From positions 62,001 to 126,000 of the forward strand of contig KZ538295.1 of the NCBI GenBank assembly GCA_000934665.2: DNA of 64,000 nucleotides, in the 5' to 3' direction. The DNA is from Catajapyx aquilonaris (lineage: Eukaryota). Shown here in pieces: positions 23,841 to 36,816 of this stretch. How positions within the stretch are numbered: the first letter of the stretch is position 1; every line of letters begins with the position of its first letter. Under the pieces are notes generated by a model. The model was not told the DNA's origin. It saw only the letters and a program-made list of their open reading frames with translations, and did no database searches. The translations under genes were made by a program, and so were the position numbers.

Positions 23841-26186
23841 TCATTTACAGTAGGTACTTTTCCATGCTCTGCTGAAAAGCTCATGTACGCTGGTGTAACA
23901 ATTTTTGCATTTGGATACTCTTTGGACAGCTGTAAATAAAGTACGGGAGAGAAAAATTCAATTATCATTTGCTATTGTAGGACATGCACATAATTTCAAA
24001 TCAAATGTCTTACTACAACTAACCTGTTTGATCTTATTTTTGTTGTCGACTACGAGCAAGGTAATATCACTTGAGGAGCTGCTGCATTTGGTCAACTTTC
24101 CTCCAAATCCAATGATGACCCTCTCCAACCACACCTTTTGATCGGTCCATTCCTCATCTCCTTTTGCATCGTAAATGGCAATCAATTCCCCTTTGAACAG
24201 CTCTGGCAAGTGCGGCAAGCTCCGTGCTCTCTTCTCATTAGCTGCTCGTGTTTCCTCGTCTTCAACGTCTGTGTCCGCATCATACGCCGAGTCATAATCG
24301 CCATCCTTCTTCCCCTCTGCTTTTTTAGTGATCTGCTCAACCTCTTCATCTGTATCCATGTCGTTAGGATCTTCTGCTTTCTGAGCAACTTTTTCGCTTG
24401 CCTCTGCCCCTTTGGCCACCTTCTCAATCTCCTCGTCTGTGTCCATTGCCTCCTCTTGTTCTTCTTCAGCCTCGATAATCTCATCCTCCTCTTCGTCTGA
24501 ACTGTTGGCGGAATCCAAACGAAAGCGCTGCCATGGGAGCCGCTTCCTTGTAGAGTGTCCTTTCTCTATCCAGTCCTTGTTCACGATTATTCCTTTCCCT
24601 TTAACTTGCCGGAATTTTGGAGTATTGCTGAAGGCACATCTGCAAATAAATTCTGTTAGCCACACTACAGTACGCAACAAGATCTGCTTACTTACATGAG
24701 ATGCGTGCACGTTGGATCCCAATCAGGCCTGTACTTTGCCCCCATCTCAAGAGCTTTTGTCCGTAATTCAGCTCGAAGCGGATTTTGATACCCAGATATT
24801 GCGAAAATCACTCCCTTCATGAGCTGATCAAACAGCACTTTCTTATTGGTGTTACCGCCCTTTATCACCAGTTTTGTCTCCTTCTGAGCTGCCTTTTGAG
24901 TTGCCATTTTTGCTTCATTCAACATTTTTTCTGCCTCTTGCTTTACTGCAGATAGCATGGTTTGTTTGGCTTTTGGAGTAGCGGCTGGTTTTTCAGATGG
25001 TCTATCGGGTGGTCGAGATGCCTTCAAAATCTTTGGAGATTTGGGCTGCTCTGTCGTTTCAGGAGATTCAGATGCCTTGCGGATTTTTGCAGCCGTGGTT
25101 TGTTCTTCATCTGCAGTTAAACATTATGCGTTGACACAAAAACTTTGATTTGACTGCTGATCTCAAAGAATTCACTCTCAAATCAATAAATTCCTTTTGC
25201 AACTAGACCTTACTTATGAGACTCTTGGCGTATTGACTACAAAAAGTATTTAACATCACCTGTTGTCTGTAGCATTTTCCTCTTTGCAAACAGGCTGCCT
25301 ACGCTCAATCCCTGCTTCGAATCCTCCTCTTTGCGAAGCTTAAATCCGCCAAGAGTCAGCTTGCTACTTTCATCAGAACTAGCAGCCTGCGGTGAGTGCA
25401 TCTTCACAAAGCACAGGCCGAACTGAATGTGCTTGTTGAAGGGTTGGGTGCACACCAGCTTGACCCTGTCCCACTTGTTTGATGTCAGAACCGTCTGGTT
25501 CAGGTCATCCTTCTGGAAAATCCTGACCCTGTTGCAATTAGACTCACTCCTCGCCTCTTGCGGACTCATGAATGACGAAGTGCCTAATAGGACCTGCCAA
25601 TTTTCTTCGTTACCTCCTGGAGCCGAGGAATGAAAATTCATTATGGATGAATTAAGAGGTGTTCATTTTACTTAACATGAAAATGCAACCACATTTCTGC
25701 CATCCCACGAAAAAAAGCCGTATCTGCAAAACCGTTAAGAGTCGACTATAACGGTTTTGCAGATACGGACCTTTTTTCCATGGGACGGCAGATTTGAGCT
25801 TTTATGGCTAACTTGTAAGAGCTGCTTTTACAGGTGACAGCAGATGGTATAGACAGAAGCAATTAACGTAATGATCCTACTGACCTGATCTAGACACCAA
25901 AACCTCAACGAATGCAGACCCACTATTTCCGATATCGACGCCATTAATGGAAATGGCCTTTTCCAGCTGCAAGACAACATACGCTTGTTTTTCTCCAGCA
26001 TTGGCACATTTCCACCCTTTCAGTGAACCATCCTTCAGAAGGTTGTCAGCCGGAAATTTCTGAAAACCGCAAATTCAGGCCTATTATTCAGACATCATGT
26101 AAAATGACTCATACTGCTAAAGTAGCAGTACTTACGGGATCTTCGCTACTGAAGGAAACCACATGCTGGATCGTAATCGGTGCCAT
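23841..26186 (-). CDS. XRCC1: DNA repair scaffold XRCC1 (N-terminal domain, BRCT1, acidic linker, BRCT2)
   Basis: MAPITIQHVVSFSSEDP, VDIGNSGSAFVEVLV, SSFMSPQEAR, WDRVKLVCTQPFN; BRCT1 GVIFAISGYQNPLRAELRTKALEMGAKYRPDWDPTCTHLICAFSNTPKF; LPHLPELFKG. Confidence 0.95.
25696..25792. repeat. ~100 bp palindromic mini-element in an XRCC1 intron
   Basis: CCGTATCTGCAAAACCGTTA / TAACGGTTTTGCAGATACGG core with extended imperfect arms. Confidence 0.8.
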
Positions 26187-27417
26187 ATTATTTCGGAATA
26201 TCTGCAACACAAAATTATAGCCATCTGTTAGAGCGGTGCTTGTCACATGCAGATTAATATGTAGCTCAAGTTTTCATTAGTGAATTTTCCTAGCGGATTT
26301 TGTTATATCTAAATTATTATTCTTAATTACACGGCTGTGTCTGCAGTACTAAATCATCCGCTTGTAATGAAAATTTGCCTGTAAATATTTTTTTTAAAAA
26401 TGGGCTCCCTTCATACGTCACCTGCTTACTGAACTTGTTAGGCCAAGAGGTCAGCCGAGGTCAGCTCAGGTCAAGCAGACAATGAAAAGCACGTTGGCGC
26501 AAAATACACCGAAACACAACCCGGAACTTTGTTGAAATTACGCGATCGTAGCGCAACCGCACCAGAACTAATAACCAGTTGTTCCCACACAAATAAACAG
26601 CACACTTATAATAATTAAAACGCACAATTCGATTCTAATTAACAATTCGACGTAGAGATTAAAATTTAAATGATTCAAAAATGACGCGCCATGTTGCCAC
26701 TCTAGCCAATCACCACTCGCCTTTGCAGTCACGTGATCTCAATGACGACCAAGATGGCCGCGCATTCCACTTGCTGTTGTTTATTTTGTTTGTGTAATTT
26801 ATCCATATTGTTCTCATTCTCTCATCATGTATTTGGGTCCCGCAGCATGATATACTCGTATTAGTGTACCCAAAAACGGACAGTACAATGCTGTGCATCC
26901 CACTGGCCGGAAGCGCAGTTTGTTAAAAAAAAAAAGGGCGGAAACAAAACGGCGGCCATTTTAAAAATATTTGAACTCCTTTTTTTCTTTTTTTTTTCGT
27001 TGACTGCCGCGTAAAAGGGGTGCGCTCAGTAATCAACCAGTGTGCAATTAGATGCACGTAGGGCCACATTGTGCGCGTTCCAACGCCGATAATTAAAGTA
27101 ATTTTGTGTAATATAGGTATATGTAACTTTATGTTGTCGTAATATGCTGTTTTATGTGAATATCTGGCGGAAATTATGGACGTGACGTCATTCATGGCGC
27201 GACTGAACGCACGTAATGGTACCAGCTGTTCGTTCCAATTATCAGTTCCATCCACTTTTTAATAACTGATCAGCACTTATTCACCATATTTAATTATTAC
27301 TATGTTTATTACGTGCGAATGATTACTTAAAACGAGGCGTTTCTGTCGAATTATTTGAAGTTCGCTGATTTCCCCGCGAGATGTCCCAGCATCCTCTTCG
27401 GCTGCCTGCGTCGGAAG
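26187..27417. promoter_or_regulatory. Divergent XRCC1/lin-9 promoter region
   Basis: Head-to-head starts ~1.2 kb apart, CpG-rich; YY1/Pho-like AAGATGGC at 26751 and 27415, GGCGGCCATTTT at 26951, TGACGTCA at ~27183. Confidence 0.6.
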
Positions 27418-30400
27418 ATGGCGGACACGCTTGAAAGTGAGTCCCCGACTCTTTCCAGGGGTCCCCTCTACGCCCTTCCAGCCCCACAAGTCCACCCAGG
27501 GGCGGCCCTAGATGCATTCCAAGCATCGAACTATGGACGGAACTAAAACCATAAGTTCTGTTCCGACCAGTTCGAATAATCAAGATTTTTCGAACAGTAC
27601 TTTAGTCGGAAGCAACAAGGGATGACGTACAATGTGACGTCACTTGAGTTGATTTTTCGGAATGGAACATAATTTTTAGTTTAATTTTTTTGGGGGGGAT
27701 GTTCTGAAATGTGGGGATGAATTTTTCGGAGGGCCTGATGGGTTATATTTGTGTGAAGGAATTTTTTGTGTAGTTTTAGCTTAGTTTTGTGTAGTTTAAT
27801 GGAAATATGAAGCCTTATAGAACACCTGAACTTACAACTCTTCAAGGAAGAATATTAGAAAAATAAATGTGTTCTAATAGATTTTCCGATGGGAACTCAA
27901 TCGGAACGCAAGTTCACATCAGAAAATCTATCTTGCATTTATTTTATGTAGTTTAATAATGATACATTACACAAAACTAAGCCAATGTAAATACAAATTA
28001 TATGAAGCCTCATAACGCCTGAACGTACAACTTTTCAAGGAAGAATATTAGAAAAATGAGTGTTCTAATATAATTTCTGATGTGAACTTGTGTTCCGATT
28101 GAGTTCACATCGGAAAATCTATTAGAACACACTCATTTTTCTAATATTCTTCCTTGAACACATGTAAATTCTGGTGTTCTATGAGGCCTCATAGAACACC
28201 AGAACTTACAGGTGTTCAAGGAAGAATATTAGAAAAATTAGCGTGAACTGTCCGTTGTGTTCTAACCTCGGTTCTAACAGATTTTCCGATATGTGAAGTG
28301 TGAACTAACCATTCGTTTTTGTTTTACGGCAGAGTTCCGGAGCTGTTGAATTCTGTTTGTGGATAGTCTCGGAATCCCAAAGTGTAAGAACCCTATAAAT
28401 TCCCATTGTTGTTTGTAGTGTTGCTGCATGTGACGTAATGATGTGTACTTGCTGATTCTTGAAACTAATCATCATTTTCTTACAGGCCGGAAAGCGGTTC
28501 CATTAATGAGCAAAAAGGGTAGAGGTTCGCAGTCTAAGATGGAGCATGAGGAGGAGGAAGATGTTAAGCCGTTTGGGCCTGAAGCTCTGGGATTGAAAAG
28601 AGTCGGGGATGAGACTCCGGCACCCAGACAGAAGTCAAGTATGGTGTTAAACCGAAGAGGGATGGTAAGTTTCTAGTGCACAAGCAGCGTCATGAAAATG
28701 TAATCAAATGTTAACCATTCACAGCCTGCTCGCATCCGTAAGCGCAACAAGTTCTACTTCGGTGAGGAAGTGGTGAGCGCACCTCGTGTCCGTGCTTCCC
28801 CGAAGAAGACTCCCAAGATAACTCCGAGCAAAAAGATAAAGCAGGAGCCCGAAACACCTATTGCGCCGGACAAGAAGATTGCTCAGAGGATAGGTATCAG
28901 ATTGAGGAATCTGCTCAAGCTACCAAAAGCACACAAGTGGGTCTGCTACGAGTGGTTTTACAGCAACATTGACAAGTGAGTGGTTTTTAAAGACCTTTGA
29001 AGTTACACAGTTGCTGACAATGTTTTCTCGACAGGGCGCTGTTTGAAGGCGAGAATGACTTTATGATCTGTCTGCGCGAGTCCTTTCCGCAACTGAAGAC
29101 CAGGCTCTTATCACGTGTAGAGTGGTGCAAGATTCGTCGGCTGATGGGCAAGCCACGTCGTTGCTCCCAGGGCTTTTTTGCTGAGGAGAGAGCCGAGTTG
29201 TCCCGCAAGAGGCATAAGATCCGTCTGCTACAACAGAGAAAGAACACGGACATTAACAGCTGCCGGGATCTCCCAGAAGAGATTCCACTTCAGCTGGTCA
29301 TCGGAACTAAAGTCACCGCGAGGCTCAGAAAGCCGCAGGACGGTCTTTTCATGGGAAGCATTGATGCGGTTGACACTTCGAACAACACATACAGAATAAC
29401 CTTTGAGAGGCAGGGTCTTGGAACACACTCCATACCTGATTATGAAGTTTTGGTAAGTACTGCTCAATTATTGCTGCGTGACCGATAACTTATTGCTAAT
29501 TTGTTCAACAGTCAAATGAACCTCCGGACACCATGCCAGTGTCTAGCTTTGCCCAGAAGTTCCGTCCCCGTGCTCTCAACATCTACTCCGGGCCACCTGC
29601 TACTCCACCTGCTGCTGCACCCGCACCTCCCATAACACCTCGGTTCGTTCCCATCCCATCCGCATCATCCACTCCATCAGATCACCGACCACATCATCTC
29701 ACCTCCAACGACCCGATGCTGGGCCAGGTTGGCATACTCCCAACCATTCCAACCACAAGCCACCAAATTGTGTTTGGATCCGCTCAAAGTGGCCAGGTTG
29801 TGGCGAAGAGATCTCCAGCTCCGCCCCAACAAGGCGGCGCCCAGGGAGACACTGTTGGCGGATTTCCAATCCGATTCCTGGAGGCAGTGGTGCGTCTGTC
29901 GAAGCTGCTGAATGTGAAGCGTTTGAAGGTGGCAAAGCTGAAAGACATGAATGCGGAGACAGAGCGTATGAGGTCCTTTGGGAGGGGCATCCCAGAGGAC
30001 TTCCAGCGCAGGTACGCACACATTGTGCTCACTCTTGACGTCATCAACAGGGACCTGCGTGATTACCTCAATACCGTGCAACACTTCTGTCAAGAGGTGC
30101 GTATCAGTAAGGTTTTTAAAAACTGCTAGCACAACATTTACTTTGTGATGTTATTCCAGATTGCTCCCGAGCAAGGGCTTCATCCTCTGAACAGTCCATC
30201 ACACCTGAAGCAGCAATCGCTGCAGGAGGCGCAGGGGATGGTGCAGCGTCTCAACTCTCCCCCAGGTGGGGACTCGGAAACAGTGCAGAATAAGGACGTC
30301 TTGTCTCTCATCGCTAAGCTCGTCTCACTCATGCTACAGATCAAGGTACGTTTCAGGAATTTTGACAGACTCACTGCAAGTTGGCTCGAGAAACTCATTC

Positions 30401-30684
30401 TGCACAAAATAATTTCGCTGTGCAGAACAACTGCATTTGTTTACAGCCCGCAATCTAAATCATAAGTGATTACATCATATTTTTACACCTTGCAGAGCTT
30501 GTCCGAATCTAAGTGCAATCCATATGAACTTCGAGCATTCCAAGAGGCTGTGCAAGAAGTAAAGAGTCAGCTTCCAGCTGAGCACCTGCTTGCTTTCCAA
30601 GGACAAGTGGAAATACACCTACAGCACATCCAAGCGGGGTTGAGCCTCGGAATGCACAACAACACCGCTGCGACTGTGACCTAG
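27418..30684 (+). CDS. lin-9: LIN-9 / Mip130 (MuvB/DREAM subunit), 7 exons
   Basis: RLRNLLKLPKAHKWVCYEWFYSNIDK, DIRP domain (WCKIRRLMGKPRRCSQGFFAEER), Tudor-like VTARLRKPQDGLFMGSID, coiled coil KLKDMNAETE. Exons approx. 27418-27436, 28486-28664, 28724-28975, 29035-29452, 29512-30096, 30160-30345 and 30497-30684. Confidence 0.95.
27805..28300. repeat. Alternating direct/inverted ~95 bp unit array in lin-9 intron 1
   Basis: TTCAAGGAAGAATATTAGAAAAAT at ~27841, ~28034 and ~28215, its reverse complement at ~28135; symmetry centre GGTGTTCTATGAGGCCTCATAGAACACC at ~28173-28200. Confidence 0.85.
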
Positions 30685-30943
30685 TCGGGCTAAGGTTGGC
30701 TTTACGGCATTTCCCCAAATGAACTCTAATCAGTTCCTTACCCTATTCTCAGGCATGTTGCGAAAACACTTCTTGTTTCTCGGCACAACAGTAGTGCAAT
30801 AGAATAACCTGTTATTGGGAAATATGAATAAACTTTCATTATCTCAGTGTCCTTGGCTAAGCTTTTGGCTAAGGCTCCTCTTCATCACAGCTGCAAACTT
30901 GATGGAAATTCCAGATGTCAGTGTGTGTTGCACAGGAATTGAA

Positions 30944-31033
30944 TTTCACGTGAAAAAAAGCATTTCAATGGGTTCACTTCCATGTTCTGATCAGGAACAT
31001 GAAGCGAACCCATTGAAATGCTTTCCATGTGAG
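30944..31033. repeat. ~90 nt hairpin downstream of the lin-9 stop
   Basis: AAAGCATTTCAATGGGTTC...CATGTTC-TGATCAG-GAACATG...GAACCCATTGAAATGCTTT. Confidence 0.75.
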
Positions 31034-33009
31034 AAAATCCTCCGTACAAATCACAACACCACCCACATGATCTACCAGACACCAGGGGTAAAAAGCACTG
31101 CCAACAGAGATGGGAGGGAACCTGATTAAACCAACTTGCACGAGCATGTGCAGAATTTTCCTAACAGGATAGCGTATAAAAAGATTTCCAAGTATGCAGG
31201 GTGTTTCTTACTAGTACGTCGTCTGTCTAGCAGTGTACGCGTTGGCCCTAAACAAGGCACAAATATATGGGCAAGAAAGGTTAACGGCTCCTTTTTGCAG
31301 ATTTGCACCAACAAGTATGCTGCCAGCCAGATGACACACTAGTGAGACGCACCGTTGCTTGATTAGGTTATTTGGAAGTTAGTACGGAATAATTATTTGG
31401 AGATAAAGTAGTTCACTCCTACGAACTGTCACCCTATGGGTTCGAATGGACTGGGGATTCCCAGTGTGAACATTGTAACTACTGTATATGCAGATATGTT
31501 TTATGACAATGTGCTTCTGTATCTTGTACTGTTTTGGGAGATGTTTTTGGCTTGAAAGGTGTAAACTTCATGTGCATCATTGATGCAATTGGAAACAGGC
31601 AATCACTCGCATCTCATGCGAAGTGAATGTAGAACATCAGATGGAAGCAAGATGTTAATTGCTTTGAGGATTTATAAGATTTATGTATTTCAGGAATGAG
31701 TCACTTTCAGCGCATGTGTAACCTTACCCAATGTGAGCCACCTTTCTGTTGCACTCGTGTATTTACCTTGCATGAAGTTACAAGCTTAAATGCTGCGAAC
31801 ATGTCATGTTAATGTTAGCATGGTTATTATGCATTAGCCAAGTAATTATCAGTTGCATATTGTGGCATCCATGCTTTAAATGACCTAAGCTCATATCCAC
31901 CAGTGAATTTTTTATGGTCAACTTCTGCTCTTATTTGTAAGTGCTGCGGCAGACAAAAAAAAAAAAAAAAAAAAAAAAAAGCCAGACAGACGTGAGATTG
32001 GGCCGTAACAATGCTGATGGGTTTTACAGTAAACGGGAGTTATTTAAGGATTAAATTATATTGTAAGCCATGTTCAGTATGTTAAGGTCTTGCTGTCAGA
32101 AGTGCATTTGAATCCGAGTGTGGTATGAAGAAGTGTTTGCCATCAGATGTGTGACAAGAATGTAGAAATCAGTTGGATTCACGTTAAGTGAACAGCGCAG
32201 CACCATGATGATAAGGTTTTTATGAGGTAACATGTATGAAACATGGATAGTTTTTTTTTTTTCCCCTCCCTTTTGTGTGATGTTGTAACAACACTACGTC
32301 ATGCACAACTTCTGTGCATGTATGTTATTTTAAGAATATTAACTGAGATTAAAATAATATTTGGCTTATGAATTTTTTGAGAGAGAGTTTATTTAATGGA
32401 GACTAAGTTTTGACAAATTCCTATGAAGAGTATGTTTTAATGACTGCCAAAAAAAACAACCAGACAACACAATAGCTTGTACTGGAGCAAGTGCCAGGAA
32501 TTTCAAGTCGGCACGTTTGATGTACAGAACTGTTTATACTTATGCACTACGCATGATGGAAAATTAGGTACAACATAGCTTTGTTTTTTTGTCAGATATT
32601 TTTAGTTTCAAATGTTGCAATATTTTTCAGAGCATCAGCAATTAAATGCATATATTATGTATATTGACATCTGTACTTCAAAATCAATTTTTGTGGTGCC
32701 AAATTTAAGCACAACTCTTTTTAGTGAAATTATAGCAATTTTTGTAGGTGGTTATGTATGCTTGAAGAGAAGAAGAAGAGAGAAAAAAAATAATCCAATA
32801 AATAAATTGTCTTGGATAGTGGGAGTTTATTTTTATGCATATGCATGAAATCAAAGAGTCACAAAAGGTGAGCAATAAGTTCGCACTACAATCCCCGACC
32901 GATGCCCAAAATTTCACTTGTTGTCACTACAAGACTTGAAATACAAGGGGGTTGAATGAGTGGCACCATAACACCTGTCCTTTCCGTACATTTGCACATC
33001 CACACTGTA

Positions 33010-33192
33010 CAGGGTGAGTCACAACTCGGAGTCAAGTCTCCAGCCAGGGTAATTGTATGCTCAAGTCTTTTAAAATGTAGAGAAACTGACCACTAACGAC
33101 GCTGTCTAACTCGTTGTATGCTGTTGGTTAGTGACATTCTCACCGTACATTTTCGGGCCGATAAGGTCAACCTCGAGTTCCGACTCACCCTT
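33010..33192. mobile_element. Degenerate CAGGGTG-terminus MITE
   Basis: TA|CAGGGTGAGTCACAACTCG ... CGAGTTCCGACTCACCCT. Confidence 0.55.
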
Positions 33193-33882
33193 ATTTGGAA
33201 TTTATTAAAAAGTCTGTCAGTTGAAAATTCAGTCTTTTTGAGACAATTAATTTACACTAAGAGAGAGAAAAAAAAAGAACACACACGGCTCTCAATTAAG
33301 TGTTAACACCTCATATGAAACTTGTTCACTCAATCAGGCTTGCAGCTGCTCAAGGGCGCTGAGTCGCACGGAAATCGTTCAAGAGGCAGTTGTTCCCAGC
33401 GCTAAATCTCAAAAAAAATGAAATGGTGGAAGTTTCATCAGTAACAACGATCAACGGTCAATCCTATTCATTGACAACTCGTCTTGAATTTACTGTTCGA
33501 TTAGCCCTTATATGCACGACACTCAGTAAGCACATCGTCATTAGCCAGCAGTTAAATAGGGCTATTTTGAGTAGTAATATGTCAGTGTCAACATCAGCAT
33601 AATTATGCAGCTTTATATGAAACCTGACTGTCAATGGGAGGGGAATCTTAATCATTTTCAGCAAATTGGGAATGGTTCAGTCATACCATTAAAACATTCT
33701 GTACATACAACCTACCCTGGGAATAGCTCCAACCTCGGAAATTCACTGAACTACAGGGAAGTTATAAATTTTAATTTGTAATTTTCACCGACCCTCACTT
33801 GTATTCGTACACCTTTTCACTTTTTGCATAAGTCGTGGAACACTGAACGGGCTCACTGTATTTTTTTTTTTTTTTAAAGAGT

Positions 33883-35773
33883 TTAATCCCCACCCTCGTT
33901 CAGCTTCTTCAACAGCTCGACCACCTCCTTCGCCTCCTCTTCGCTCTTGAATTTGAGCAGGACAGTCGCAGGGCCCTTATCCATTCCAGGGATGACAGGG
34001 GATGGGCAGGCCATCAGTACGTTCTTGCCGCCTTTCTGCTCAATGTGCATGGCAGGGCTGAGGAGTGTGTTGAGCAGCACGTTTCCCAAGCTGGTGTCTG
34101 CCCGCAGCACCAGCTGGACCTTGTTCCCGTCTGATATGCTCTTCACATATAGGGTGCCTATGCCACGCTCTTTGTAACCGCCATTTAGCATCACGAACAT
34201 TTTGCATCTGAGAAAGCGAGATGTGTCAATATTTTATCAACAACAGCTGAGTTGACGGCTTACCTTTTAGAGCAGATGGCATCTTCTTCCACTACCTGTT
34301 TGAACTCTGGCTTTGGAGGCTCATCGTCTTCACCAGCCTCACTTCCCACCCCTTCATCCTCCTGGCTGCTTTTTGATGTTGCTGTCACATTACTGAAAGT
34401 GAATGGCTTGCCGCTAACAAGGCAAATAATAATCGATTAGTTTGTTGTGCAACACTAAAATGCAAATCAATTGCTCTTACCTTGTGAAAGAAAATGGTTT
34501 TGAGGTTCCAGCAATGGGTTCAATACTTGAGGATGTTGATGGTCCAAAGAATGATTTCTTTGGCTCCTCCCCTCCTTCTAGCTTCTTCTTTGCTTCTTCG
34601 GCAATGGCTGCTGTGGATGCCCCCAGAGTGAAGCCACCTGAGCCGCCACTAAACATGGCAGGGCTGGGGCCACCACTAAACATGGCAGGGATGGAGCTTC
34701 CACCGAATGTGGAAGTGCTGGCATGTCCGCCAAAGGTTCCACTTGTAGAACTCTTGCCAAATCCGGTAAAGCTCCCAGAACCGAAGAGAGTCTTCTTTTC
34801 GCCGACCGAAAACAATCCTGCAGACTTGTCTTCCTTCTCTTTGCCTTCAGTCATCTGTTCGTCACCCTCTGAGCCACCACCGTTGGGAACTCGTGCTATT
34901 AACGAAGAATTAAGCGACTGTTAATTACTTTCTCTAAAATCTCCAGGAAACAATCTACAACAGAATTTCCAAGAATTTCCTCCTGCTGAATGTTGGATCA
35001 TTGAGAAGTCCAATTACTGCACTTACAGTTAATGAACTGTGCAACCATGCAATGAGACTTCTCAGGAAATCCCAGCACATGGAGACAGCAACTGATTGGA
35101 CAATAATGCCGAAAACATATTGTAAAGCTTCGAGAATGCTCACCAGCCGTGGAAGCACCAAACATCTTCGACGGAGACTTGTTAAACTTATCCTGTATCT
35201 GGCCCAGATGCTTGTCATAGTCCTGGAAGACGGGGGTCAAGATGCAGAGCGGCTCACGATCCACATGCTCCTTAATCCATGAAGTAACGGAGCGGTTCAG
35301 AGCCCGCAGCTGACTCTCATACTGATCATCTACGGAGATCGGTGCGGACGTGGGCATAGGCGGAGGGACAGGAGGAGTAGGCGCTGAAGCTGACGTGGAC
35401 GGCACCAAATTTCCCCAGTTGACAACCGGTGTCTTATTGGCAGTGAAGCCTTGAAACTTGGCTAAAGGGCTGGCTGCACCAGACTTTAAAATAATACATT
35501 GTTAGTGCACAGTCCAGGAGTATGGTAGCGGATGTGAATAGCCTCCAAGGCGCTCCAGGATGGCCTGTGTTGGAGGCTATTTTGAGCTTCAGGTCTGCAA
35601 ATACGCACCTCACTTCCTCCGCTGCTAGGGTCAAGCCTTCTCTTGGCCGTCTTCACTGTCCTTTGCTGTATAACTTCCTTCGGCGCTTGAACAAACTGGC
35701 CTGCGTCCTCCTCGTCTTCCTCATCATCCCAATTGTCATGGTTCAGCTCTCTTGTTGCACCTCGTTTCGCCAT
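33883..35773 (-). CDS. Nup50: Nucleoporin Nup50 (N-terminal importin-alpha-binding domain, FG region, Ran-binding domain)
   Basis: MAKRGATRELNHDNWDDEE...RTVKTAKRR, LRALNRSVTSWIKEHVDREPLCILTPVFQDYDKHL, FG motifs, EPPKPEFKQVVEEDAI, YKERGIGTLYVK...LVLRADTSLGNVLLN. Confidence 0.95.
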
Positions 35774-36740
35774 GGCCAACTCCGCTCAATCTCCTACCAA
35801 TGATTGTACGCCAGCACCTACGCCTGCAAATAAAAATAAGCGTACATTCCACCTACACATTTTAACCCAAATAAATAATCCATTTATTGCGAATAAAATC
35901 ACTGCAAATTTTACACCTGCAAAAATTCGAACACTGCTTGTGTACAAAAGTGGTCAGTTTTAAAGCCAAATTTCAGCTCAGATTCGACCGGTGCTTGTTC
36001 CAAACCGGGCGCAATTGTAGGGCGCATCTTTCCTAATTAATATTTACCTGATATAATTGTATCCTGAGGTCGAATTCGGATCGGAATCTAGGAAATATAT
36101 GACAACCTGTAAGCATGGGATGGTTTCGCATTACGACTATCTAATCAAATCGAACGGAACTCACCGAAATTTATTAGTTAGTTGACCTAATTTGGAGACA
36201 GGTGGCGGTAAAGTGCTGACCACAAATTGCATTTGGAACACTAGCGACATCTGTTATCGCAAATGTTCAACGACATCATGTTTGGTTGTGTAAGTAACAT
36301 CAATGCCAATACGTTTAATTCCAAATCCGAATGTAAGTTATTATTAAAACTGCGATTAAATTTAACAGTTGTTTAAATTTAATCGCTGTTTTGTTCTATT
36401 GCCGGCTTGATTTTTCGGTTACTTCCGAATTGAGGGGGCGTGGCTCACCAGCAACTTCCGGTGACGTTTCAGAGATGGCGCTAAGATTAAATGTTGCGGA
36501 CCTTTCAATATATGTCAATAAAGTGTAAATTGCACTCCATGTATACAGTACGCATGACTTTTAACAACCCATCGGATCGCATCGGATAGACGGATGATGA
36601 GACGTAACTTTACACATCCATCCTTATTTTAATATAAATGAGAGAATTTGACATGTTTGTATGTCACGCCTATGTCAAATCGCAATAATGAAAGTTTGCA
36701 AAAAATCGTTCGAACCTTGGTTCGTCACCACAAAAATGCC

Positions 36741-36741
<1 letters not shown>

Positions 36742-36816
<75 letters not shown>
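36742..36816. repeat. (ATT)n microsatellite, ~25 units
   Basis: Pure ATT run; explains the poly-I/Y/N ORFs. Confidence 0.98.

Noticed and set aside
27805..28300. CRISPR-like repeat array
   Set aside because: Units are long, alternate in orientation and lack unique spacers; eukaryotic intron with no cas genes.
31955..31980. Poly-A tract as a retrocopy tail
   Set aside because: No upstream retroelement or processed-gene body and no clear TSD.
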